From Folioceros fuciformis (Eukaryota): a DNA stretch of 47,482 nucleotides. Location: assembly GCA_049999805.1 (NCBI GenBank), contig JBNGIO010002948.1, forward strand, positions 1 to 47,482. The letters are read 5' to 3'. Under the pieces are notes generated by a model. That model had not been told where the DNA came from, did not search any database, and saw only the letters and a list, made by a program, of their open reading frames with translations. The position numbers and the translations under genes are program-made. Shown piece by piece: positions 36,901-47,482 of the stretch (positions are counted from its first letter, which is position 1; each line of letters begins with the position of its first letter).

Positions 36901-37832
36901 GGAGGGTCCCGGAGCTGCTGCTGATGAGTGTCGTGGTGGGCGGAGTGCAGATTTCCGTCAGGACAGTGAACCTGTTTGTGAGCGTGAATGACGGCGGAGA
37001 TTGGGGTGATTGCATCAACTGCACGAGTAACGCTTCTTTGCCTCTATCCATGAGCGTGATCGTGGAGATCGAGCTCCTGGACTGGTTAACAAAATTAGAG
37101 AACGCCTGGTCTGACACCCTTTGTAAGTGCCCCCAGCTAGTGACAAGAGGATTTTGTCTGTATCGTTTGCGTGAGCCTCAAAAGCAAGGTCGTTGGTGCA
37201 GTGGCAACGCGGAGAATATTAGGAAGCACCGCCGGATCGGTGGGCATCGCCTGTATTCTGTTGGTTTTCCTTGTGCTACATCTTTCACGGAAGGCGCGGA
37301 TGAAGTACAAGGCATTGGGATTTGTGGATGCAGATGAGCTCAATCAGGAGCTTCTATGCGAGCAATCAAGGGCGAGTGTAACAATCTTTTGTGTGCTCGA
37401 GGGGCAACAGAGGCATGCATGTTGTGCACACCCAGGTGCGTCGTTTCTCACGGGGGGCGGATCATGATGCAGATATTCAACCCGATGTGGATACCGGCGG
37501 CTGCGGGGGACCCTGAGTTTCGTGTCTCTTCCACCCCGAATCCTCTTCTTTTCCATGCGCGCAAGCATGAATTCAGACACAGGTACATAGCCTGACGTAG
37601 AGCCCCGCCTTTTGTGGCCAGCAAGGCAGATCGGCTTGCAATGAAGATGTAGATGAGCCATCCTGTGAGTTGCAGGTTGATGAAGGTGAACAACGAAGTG
37701 GAGAGGGAGATGCTTCTAGGATTCAAAGAACCGTCTGATTCATCAATTCGAAGAACAGCGAGGCCGTCTGTGTTCCAGGAGGAGATTTCAAGCCTGCCTG
37801 AGGATGAAGGCCCAGGAGCAGAGTGGTACTAG
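27965..37832 (+). CDS. GEX2: GEX2 (gamete expressed 2)-like type I membrane protein, copy B, ~15 filamin/Ig-like repeats
   Basis: Hydrophobic leader, then ~15 repeat exons (28271-35385). An Ig/cadherin-like module follows (LPTAKNDTAST...INVTGND...YTPNHQYIGTDLLGYTIQDG), then NKHFNGNDTI, PVNDPPWV, VGDPDS, CNTALRQLVF, SVNDGGDWGDCINC and TM segment AGSVGIACILLVFLVLHL. Stop TAG at 37830-37832. Confidence 0.85.
29273..29536. repeat. 80-bp intronic tandem repeat, ~3.3 copies
   Basis: Units starting ATGAGAGAGGCTT(C/T)TGTGATGCA at 29273, 29353, 29433 and 29513, nearly identical. Confidence 0.95.
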
Positions 37833-38740
37833 GCTACAGCTTCCAGGCTCCCGGCCCCGTGTCGTGAGACAATTGATGAGCTTCCAGGCTCCCGGCTCCG
37901 GTGGCCGGCCAGTAGTCGCAGGACAAGTAATTGGTTGAGAAGGCCAACGGAGAGTTTTTTCCATCTCCCTGGCATGAAGGACGGAGCAAGTGGTGTCAAG
38001 GAAATTAGGACATCTCTACATATCCGCAGCCATGCCTGCTGCAGACAATAGGATAATTGCAGGAACCTAGACTTTTTGCCACGCCAGATGACATTCTGGA
38101 TTCTTGCCACTTGCATCGTTATGCACGTGCCGTCCCTGTCCGCACACAATCCGTGTTACCTTGCCTGCACAAAGATTTCTGTCAAACGCGGCTTGCAATG
38201 CGGAAAAGGGAGGAGGCAGCGAGTACAGAAGAGGCGATGGCGCGTTATGGCGGAAGGGTGACGTCGCCCCATTGCGGAGTGTAGATAGCCGAAAAGAAGC
38301 ATGTGGAAACGTTCAGCTTTTGTCACAAGAATGCGTGACTGAAGCCTCGTGCGCTCAGACGTAGGTGCACAGATCCGTAGCATAGTCTATTGTAGTGCAG
38401 GGAGGCGTTGCTGACCACAGCCTCTGCAACCAAGCGGATCCTTTGTGGAGATGAGAGAGAAAGGGATATGGTCCGTTCCGTCCAGGCTCCAGCTGGGGCC
38501 GCTGGTGTGCGCGTCACCCTAGAGACCGAGTCATCACCGAGTCCAAGAGTCGCAGAGACTCGCAGACTCCCACTGCTGCGCTGCTCTGTGCTCTGCTCTC
38601 GTACTCTCCTGTGTGTCTGCAGCAAGCGCGCAGCCAGTGTGGATGCAGACTGTATGATTGTTATTTAGAGCTGGAAGCAGGGAACGCGGTCGTGGAAGCA
38701 ACGCAAGCTCCGATTGTGATTCCTCCGTCCTTTCCTCATT

Positions 38741-38850
38741 TGCTGCTGCTGCTGCTGCTTCTGCTACTGCTGCTGTGCGGCCTGGTGCACGCAGCCTTCC
38801 GCACGCCGCGCCGCGCCGCACCACACCGCACCACACCGCACCGCACCGCA
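38741..38850. repeat. Low-complexity (CTG)n and (CCGCA/CCACA)n microsatellites
   Basis: TGCTGCTGC... run and GCCGC/CCACACCGCA pentamer runs. Confidence 0.7.
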
Positions 38851-40066
38851 GCCGACAGCTGCCACTGTCCCATCAGAACTGATGTGAAGAGAAAGGAAGG
38901 GAAGAGGGGGAAAAAAGAATTACCCTCCTCTTTGTACGGTTAATTACCGAGGCTAATTACTGAGGTTAATCGTGTGTACAGCCTATTGTGTCTATCAGTA
39001 TGTGTATGTACAGCCTGTAGTAGCACTCTCACTAGCACTAGAGTCCAGCGCTGTAGTAGGATTGGCTCGCGGATGGAGGTATGTATGTATGTCCAATCGT
39101 ACAAAATGTAGATAGGCAAGCTGGAGAGCCAGACAAGGCAAACCAAAGCAAGGCAAGGCAAGGCACAGCCTTTTGACGACACCAGACTACACCACATGAT
39201 TTTTAATTTACCTGGCTCACTATCTTTGTTTCAAGAAGACGACGAAGAAGTGGCGAAGCAGAGGCGGAGGAGAAGGCGGCCCCGCCGTCGGGAGTCGGCC
39301 GCGTGATTGACGCTCAGACTCGAACTCTCGCAGTTGGAGTCGAGCTCGAGCTGAGGCCCCATGGTTTGCTCGCGCGCTGTGGCCGCCGGAGATAGCCAAT
39401 GTCCTGAGGCCTGCCCCCGCCTGCTCTTGTCCTTCCATTTTTGTGGGCTGGAGAAGCTGGAGGAGCAGGAGCAGCAGGAGCGGCAGAGGAACAAGCCCGA
39501 GCAGCTAGCAACAGTGGAGGTATCGGCACCAGGCCCGCCGGGGATGTTTGCTCCAGGTCTCGCTTTCTCATGCTCGCCCTGTGGGTGATGCTTTCCTTCT
39601 CTTGGGTTGGGGTCTATTGGGCTGGGAACGAGAGGGCGGAGAGGATTTGTGTGGCTCATTTGCGGCTTGGAATCCCTGGAAACCATTGGTGCGCGAATGC
39701 CCGCCCGCGGTTTCGAATTCACCGGCAGACCATATCTCATTCTGATGTGCAGGCTACCGCGCGGCTCCCTACGCTCAACAGCTTCCTCCGCGGAGGCGAT
39801 CTGCGTGGTTATGAGGTTCTGCACCTGCGCCCCCCCTTCCTTCTGCGTCTCGAATCTCGTGTTCTCGTGCCATGTTGCTTCCCCGACCTTCTCACCACTG
39901 CTCTTGTGCGCTGAATTCAGGCCGGCGGTTTCCATGTCCAGTAGACACCCCGGCACCGAAGCAGGTGGGTTTTCAGTCGCGCTTTTCTTCGCTGCTTGGA
40001 GCAGGGCTTTGTATTTGGGTTGGATTCCCCTTAGGTCTTGCAACGGTTGTTGTCGGGCTGCAGAAC

Positions 40067-43000
40067 ATGGGTGACTGCGTGCCGGATTGGGACGAAATGG
40101 CTGGAGGAACTGAGGTGGGGATATCACTCGAGAATCTTGAACATCTTTTGAAGGAGAAATGGGATAATGTAGAACTCAGCTCTCAAATTAACTACTTAGC
40201 ATCTCTGTAAGCTGCCTACCGTTTTTTTCCCCTTGTACATGAAGCTTTGGGTTTGCTCAGAATGGGATGTCGATGTCATTTGTGCACCAACCGCAACCCT
40301 TGGTCTCTAATACAGGGACTGCTTGATCCGTTCATCAGTCATCATGTATTCTCATTTTTGTCTTCTGTGTCACGAATCTCTGGACTTTGATTGATAGCTG
40401 CGTGCTGCTTGCCAGGGGGTTGAGAGTTGCAGGAATTTTTGGCTGCTGACGCTCATGTTAGCATTCTACCTTCCAGGTCAGACCATGACGTGAATCAAGG
40501 CTCCTGGGGGGATACTCCCTTGTGCACAAATCTTCGTGCCCACCTGGAGCACTTGGATTCCCAGCGTGCATCAGTGTGTGACGCTGTGACACCTTCTCAT
40601 CCATCTGGTGGGAAGTGTCTCAGTTCCGACCTGAGAAAGAGCTGGAGTGGTGATGGCGGCACTAACATCAACAACCCCCAGGAAGATGAGCTGGTTTCAT
40701 GGCTTCAACCCCTGGAGGATCCTGTGGAGAAGGAGCACCACCATTCCCTCACTTTTAGTTCCCCTCATGACTTTCATGGTGATCCCGGTGCCGCTTGCCA
40801 TTTGCAACAGAAGGGTGTGTCTCTGCATAGAATGAGGCAACCAGCAGCAGCAGCAGCAAGTAGAGATGGAGGAAATCCAGGGATAGCCTTTAGTTCTGGA
40901 GCTGGAGGTGCTGTAGGTGTCTTACCACAGGGTGGCGAGTTGTTTAACAGGTTTCGGACCTTGGAGCCAGTCATGCCTAAGACACCTTGCCTTGAACGGC
41001 CAAGTAATGTTGTTCATGGCCCCGGGTCGAACAACAACCACAGTCACCGTGTGTGCTCCCCCAGGGTGTCTTCAGTGACGGCAACTTCTGCAGCAGAGCC
41101 TGTCTCGGAGCCTGCCAGCAGGTTAAATTTTCCTCATTTTTCAAGGCCTGCAGCTCTGGTAAAAGCAAACCTGCAGAGCTTGGGTGTGTCCTGTATTCCC
41201 ACAATGCAACCCCTTGTGCGGCACAACACATGTCCTAAAGGAAGTGCGTCAGCCAGCCCACTTCCTTTTACTCTGTCAGCCAGATCTGGGGCCACAAACT
41301 CCGGTTCTCCTGCAGAGATTGACATCTGCCGAGAAAGCTCGTATTCCCATACAGGGATAGAGTCTGAGGGAGAGGGTTCAGGTGACAGGGCTTCTAAGCA
41401 ACCGAGCTGTGCTGGTAGTGCGGAGGGTAATTTTGCTATGCGCAGTTGCTTTCCATCTGCGAGCCTCACATGTGACTCCAACGACAAGGGGCTGCGCACG
41501 AGCAGCCATGAGGCCTCAGAGGCAACCTTTGGCTCCACCTCTGGTGGTTCTGGTACCAGTATGGTGGAGAATGTGAATGCGCCCCAAGCTAATATGAAAC
41601 GTCGACTGGCAGAAGAAGATTCTGAGGCTCCTGTTGATGTGTGTCTCGTCTGCTTGTGTACTTCTTGTTTTCTTGTTTTCTCGTGTTGTTTGCTTTCGAA
41701 CAATTTTGGGCCCTCAGTCTTTACGATGTCAACAGGATGCCAAAGATGAGACAGTGGACCTGAAGAAAACAGCACCTGTCCGCACCAGTGCCACGAAGAG
41801 GAGCAGGGCCGCTGAGGTGCACAACCTCTCAGAACGGGTAAGTCTCTTCTGTTTCCTACACCGAACACCCTAACACATTCATGTATGGTTTGATCATTAG
41901 TCCTTGTGCGGTCAGTTGACAATTCCTTGCATGACGTTTCAGCGTAGACGGGATAGAATCAATGAAAAGATGAGGGCGCTACAAGATTTGATACCAAATT
42001 CAAACAAGGTTCGTACTTGAGCCTCGTGTTGTCGGAATGTGCATACGTGAAGTTGTTGTGTTGACAACCCGTTCTTGTTCGTGTGCAGACTGACAAAGCA
42101 TCCATGCTGGATGAGGCGATCGCTTATCTGAAGATGCTCCAGCTTCATTTGCAGGTTACCCTTTGGACTGTGTGTCTGCACTGTCTATAACACCCCAATC
42201 ATAAATAGTGTGCACCAAAAGGGTGTGCTGATGTGTGAATGTTTCAACGGTCTCAAGTCATTTTCTAAATCGAAAGACTGCTGCTCAACTTCTGACTTTG
42301 CTTGAGACACTGGAAATGGGATAACAGTCTTTTTGCATCATGAGAGCACACGTTGCACAGGACATGCCTATTTTTTTGCAAAATGCATGTAAATAGTCAA
42401 CTGTAGGGTGGGGAAACCAGGTCGTACAGCACTTGCAGTGCTGCCATGTGTGGAAACTGGGATGTTGTATTGTTCTGCAGCGGTTGGACTTGTGTCTTCT
42501 TTGGGCTTCACCCCTCTGCTTTGTGTTGAGATGCTGTTAGGAGAATTGATTTTGGCTCACTTGTTTGCTGTATCCTTGTCAGATGATGTATGTGAGGACC
42601 GGTATGAAAATCCCGCCCATGATTCTGCCACCAGGGTTGCAAGCACATGAGTCTCCAGTGTGTGCACCTGATCCCAATTGGGGTGTTAGCGTCGACAGGG
42701 GAAAGGCACCAGGCTCTGGAATGGGTTTAGGCAGGATGGACGTGATTTCTCCTGGCCAAAGGCCAGTTCCACCATTTTATGGCCCCACCCATGTTCTAGG
42801 GGGAGGCACAGCCGATGATCAACTGCAAACAACACCGCTTGGTGCAGAGGCGTGGAATGTCTGCCTTAGCCACCAGGACGCTCAGGTTGTCCGCCCCGCC
42901 CATTTAGGACCCTTGAATAGTTAGAGTAGTCGCTATGCGATGATATGGGATTCAGACTGACTGGGGGTTCACGAGTTTGTTTTGGTAGAAGATTTTTCTG

Positions 43001-43147
43001 GAAGTTCGTTGTTTAGGCATGACTGTGCGCTGATGATGTGTCTATCTGTTCCTTTAGCCTGGAAACGTGGATATGTACAATACATTCATGAGAAACCATC
43101 AACAACAGCAACAACAGTTCCTGCATCCGCGCTACTATCAACGATGA
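40067..43147 (+). CDS. PIF: Phytochrome-interacting factor (PIF)-type bHLH transcription factor (multi-exon)
   Basis: Start MGDCVPDW, QEDELVSWLQPL, APA-like NFPHFSRPAALVKANL. bHLH [58 protein letters not shown]. Last exon PGNVDMYNTF...QQQ...*. Confidence 0.9.
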
Positions 43148-43999
43148 CCAGTGACAGCACCCACCCTGATTAATGTTTGACTAGAGACGCAGATTTGTTG
43201 CTCAGTCCCACTTTCACATAGCTGCGTTACTGCCATGATGTAGTTTGAACTGAGACGTTGGTTTGCCGTTCTTGGTAAACGTCATGTTGGTTGTGATGCT
43301 GCTATTTGAAGCTCCTGATTAGGTTCTTGATGTGTTCAGCGTGCTATGACAGCCTCTTGCTAGGTGTTCCTTGTCTCTGAGATATCTTAATAATGTCTTT
43401 CCTCCACAAGAGGCCGCTCCCAATGTTGCTCAGAAATTTCAGCTGTTACAAAGAGAGCCGTCAGAGACCCAAGGATGCCGAGTTGTTTGAAACAAGGTAC
43501 GCCCTGTAGACAGGGAGTGAAGTTGTGATCTGCGAGCGTGGGCACCGTCTGTACGCAGTTGGAACCAAATTCTATCTGCGGACAACAGATTAGGTTTCTT
43601 ACATATGTATGTAGATCTCAGTGGCGGTGTCGGACTTGGATTCCGATTCACTCGGACACCACATTCAAGGTGCTGTTCTTTAATCCGCAGGAGCCATTGT
43701 GGATATCTCAATTGTAGTTCACACATGGAATACGGATAACCTCAGTCCCAGCTCTTCACAACATGGAATTCGTCCTTCCTCATGGCGGTTATCGCAAGAC
43801 AAAAAACTTGCTGCTGTGGTATGTATGTACAGTATGTACGTTGTAAGAGGGGTCCCTACTCGATTCTCAGATACTTGTTAGATCTATCCCCATGAAATGG
43901 CCTGCTTGATTTCGTTCCAGCTGCGTTCTGCTCCAAATGCTCATGCTGCTGCGTTCAGGTCCAAGCATCTTTGTATATATATGTACCGTGAACCAGGTG

Positions 44000-44660
44000 A
44001 TCTTCCCATCTGGCATAATATCAGGTGAGGAGTACTATGCCTACTCTCGTACCAGTAGCGGAAGGGAAGACCCCACAGTTGTCCGTGGGGTTGGAGACAG
44101 TGCACTCGGACTCATTGATGGCGTGATTGGGGTTAGGGTTAGTAGCCATAGGGTGAATCAGCCGCTCGAGACAGAAGGTGTTAGATTAGCCTCTGGCACT
44201 CTGCTGTTGGTGCAGCGATGGGAACCGTGACAGAGGAGCTGGCTACGGAGGTTGGGCCGGAAGGTGCAGCCTAGAGGATGTGCAATTGGCACATGTGAGC
44301 AGCCCCCAACCCCCGGACGGATGCGGAGCCGAATCTGGATCTGGATCTGGATCTGGATCCGGACTCTTCAGCTGGGGCGCGAGGAGACCACTGGTGGGTT
44401 GGATTCAGGTGCTGATATGGTTGCCGGGATCGTTGGAGGAGGGTTTTGAGAGGGGAGGGTACTGTGTGTGTGGGATTCGTCTGCACCGTGATGGCGACTC
44501 GGTATCCTTATGCACAGTCAGTACCACGATTTGCACTCTCAGCGTCACATGCAAAGTGGTATGCATGTTCCGGGAGTTTCTGCATGCCACAACTGCAATA
44601 TGTATGACATATTTGGGATATTCCGTCCAGGGTGTGCGGATCTTGACAGCTGCCAAGCCT
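44000..44660 (-). pseudogene. Probable phytocyanin/early nodulin-like pseudogene with Pro/Ser-rich tail
   Basis: Minus strand reads PEHAYHFACDAESANRGTDCA*GYRVAITVQTNPTHTVPSP, resembling the plastocyanin-like C-terminus (YF.C....HC..GM...V.V). It has an in-frame TAA and Pro/Ser-rich fragments in shifted frames. Confidence 0.4.
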
Positions 44661-45261
44661 GCCAACTATGTACAGTAGATGCCGGGTAGATCATTGCTGG
44701 TACTGAACGGGTCATCCATCTAACTCATGTATCCCCGAAAAGATTTCAAAAGTGTTTAATGATATATACAACTACATACTCTTATTCGTCCTAGGTGCCA
44801 GCCAAGGAGGGACTCGTTGGAGGAGGAGAGAGTATGTATGGCATGACAGGAATAGAAAGAGAGAAGATTAGACTACTCACTTGGCTGACACTGTGCGTGT
44901 AAACCCTAAAAATTTACAATCCGCACCTCACTAATCTAGTAGTATTACTGTGCCGCATACGCACAGCTTAAGGTGTGACTCGCACAGTTGCGACCCGCCG
45001 CGCACACCTGGCTCGGCGAGCAAGGGTTTTAGTCTAACAGAGCGCGCTACCGTACCAACTCGGATCTGCCATTACGTCGGGAATCGGGCAACCACACCAC
45101 GTACGATCCACAGCCCAAGCCGCCACTTGAGCGTCAGGCTCGCATAACATCGTCACGAGACACTCGTGGTGTTCACACCTGCGTGTCCATCCTTCCACAG
45201 CAACCTACGGAAGCCGACGAACTGGACAACGCTCACAGTCGGACTGCAGGAAACACTAGCC

Positions 45262-47482
45262 TTAGGTAGCAGCGGTTACAAATTTGCCACGACCCACGGA
45301 AAAGCCTCGGGTGCCGTCCGGCATGCGAGGCCCCGGAGGCAGCCTTGGTACTAGGTCACTTGAAATAGGGCTAGAGTTCTGGGGCGAAGCTCCCAAAGGA
45401 TAGCCACGGCCACTGATGACAACGTGATGGCCCCTACCGCGACCCCTAGCTCTGATGCCCCGCCCTTTCCCCCTCCTTGCGTCTCCCTGATCCAAGCCCT
45501 GCGACGAATGTATGGGCGCGCCGCTCAACGTCATGACAACACGCACGCAAGCAAGCAAAATCCACCATGGCAAGGGGAAGAAAACACAACCTCCACCACC
45601 GGGAACGCCTTACTTGCACATTGAGACTGGAGAGACGAAGACTTACCCCATGCTCCTCCAACCTTTCTGCCTGCTGGCCCCCCGACTCATCCCAACTCCG
45701 ATCCAACGCTGAGTCACAAGCTGTCTCCTCCTCCCCACCACTGCTGCCATCTCCTGCTACCTTCCGTGCAGTCGGCAAGGGAGGTTGTTGATAACCATGC
45801 TTGCTTTGAAACTGCCGCCACGTCACGTGGGTAAATGCTTCAACTTTCCCCACAACGGAAACCAACTGCTTTGCGTTCGTGCAAAAGAAGCACAACAAAA
45901 AGAGCGAGCTTGCTTACTGTCCGTCTCAAGAGAAGCCTCACACGCAGACCGCTTCTCCAATTCCTCTCATCCGTGAGCTCTGCTACCTGCCCAGCTTCAG
46001 TGAGTTTCACTGTCAGATCAACACAAGGGTGTTCCTTCGATTAAAAAAACCAGGCCACAACAAATTTACTCACAGCTCTTTCGGCTTGTTCTACGGTCTC
46101 ATACTCCACCAACGCATGCAACTGAAATGGCAGAGAAGCCAGCAAACATGGTACCTCCGTCAGAACCGGTGACACCCCGCATGGAGTTAGCAACCCACGA
46201 CAACCGTACTGCTAGAGATGAGCAGACAAGTTCTTCTTGAAAAGGACTAGTTACCAAGAGTGACGACAAGAAGCCACTGAATCTCACCTTGTTGCTCACG
46301 ACCATATCCACTTTCGGATGCTTTGCGGCCGTCTGTATCGAACCATTAGCTGCCTCTGGTTGACAGATGCGCACCATCTTCACACTGCCGATAAACACAC
46401 CCATAAATCGTTGGTACGAACACCCCAAACATGCCAACGGTTGAAGGTTCACACTGCTACTTCTAAAAAACGGAACGTGACATACTTGCCGATTCTGCCA
46501 AAAAAATGCTCCATCTCCTCGATTGAATGTTCTTCTGGCAGATTCTCAGCTACGACAGTACGTGACTACATGAAAAAAGAGGGGAGATCCTGATAAACCA
46601 GTTAGCAAGCAGGCAACCAGCGGCAGGGCAAACTAACTTACACCGGAACAGCAAACGACCAACGGTGTTGGATAACTCAATTGTGCTAAACACTGAGCCG
46701 CTAGCAACACCAAAAAAAAAAACTGGAACGTTCGAGACTAGAGAGTACTAAATGTTTCCAACTGCGAAATTGATACCTGCACTTCTTCCAAGTCGATGTC
46801 GGGTAAAGGCTGCGAACGCCTAACCTTCTTTCCATCGTCGCTCACCACCTGAAGCAAATGGCGGGGTAAAAACATGGTAAGCAATGCGAAGGCTGGCAAG
46901 GCCACGAGGAAGAAAAGGGGCATGCAGAACAAACCAGCATAGTGGAGTGTCGAAGAGCAGCAGCGACTATTCCGCTGTTCTTGGCCAGATTCTTCACCTT
47001 CCTGAAGGAAGCAACCACAGGGATAGGCACTGCACAGTCCACAGCGAGCAAAGGTATCACACGTGGAACAAAGGCGAATCGTGTTCCCCCAAGGCAGGAG
47101 GCAGCAGCAAGAAAGCGTAACTGCCGAGCCTACCATATCCTTCCGGATCTTTCTTCACAAATTTCATCAAATAATTATCGGTGGGCAAGTTGACGTCACT
47201 GAAGTAGAATTCCACCTGCAGGCACAGCAATCAAGACGAGAAGGGCGGGCGGACGGTCACGGGGAGGAAGAAACAAGCAGGTCCTTGCAGACGCGGATCT
47301 GTGCGGAAACCTAAAACTGCAGGGAGAATCGGGAAGCTCACCTGCTTGATAATTTTGGACTTGAGCTCGTCCGTGAGAACGGGCTTGGCAACGGAAGGCG
47401 CAACCGAGCCCTGAAGCTGTGAATCCGGCTGGTCGGAAGCAGGCGAAGCCGCCGCAGAAGGAAGCAGGGGCACGGGTAACGG
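45262..47482 (-). CDS. LARP6: La-related protein 6 (La motif + RRM + LSA motif), 5' end beyond window
   Basis: KIIKQVEFYFSDVNLPTDNYLMKFVKKDPEGYVPIPVVASFRKVK, VSDDGKKVRRSQPLP, SRTVVAENLPEEHS, VKMVRICQP, HALVEYETVEQAERA, C-terminal PPGPRMPDGTRGFSVGRGK. Confidence 0.93.

Noticed and set aside
18395-37832. Filamin actin cross-linker or horizontally acquired bacterial adhesin
   Set aside because: No calponin-homology domain. Signal/TM topology and the GEX2-type C-terminus fit a native plant family, and the genes are intron-rich.
39231-40127. 298-aa minus-strand ORF
   Set aside because: No recognisable domain, GC-rich low-complexity composition, and it overlaps PIF exon 1 antisense; likely a chance ORF
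41134-41922. 262-aa minus-strand ORF
   Set aside because: Antisense shadow of the large PIF exon

Overview
Eukaryotic, gene-dense nuclear DNA with short introns (mostly ~70-100 bp), most likely from a seed-free land plant. A hornwort or Selaginella-type lycophyte is inferred from intron size, gene density and gene content. From left to right the window holds: a 1.5-kb non-autonomous PIF/Harbinger-type DNA transposon (TIRs, TAA target duplication, decayed Myb/trihelix ORF); a receptor-like kinase pseudogene; PDAP1/HASP28-like (+); 3-hydroxyisobutyryl-CoA hydrolase-like (+); condensin II kleisin CAP-H2 (-); an intronless bZIP (+); dihydroorotate dehydrogenase (-); a CYP85-clan P450 with an aberrant I-helix (-); a head-to-head pair of very large GEX2-like genes (about 12 and 15 filamin/Ig-like repeats, one per phase-1 exon) covering ~19.5 kb; a PIF-type bHLH (+); a probable phytocyanin pseudogene (-); and a 5'-truncated LARP6 (-). 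The most striking item is the divergent, repeat-expanded GEX2-like pair. Exon boundaries were read by eye and are approximate.
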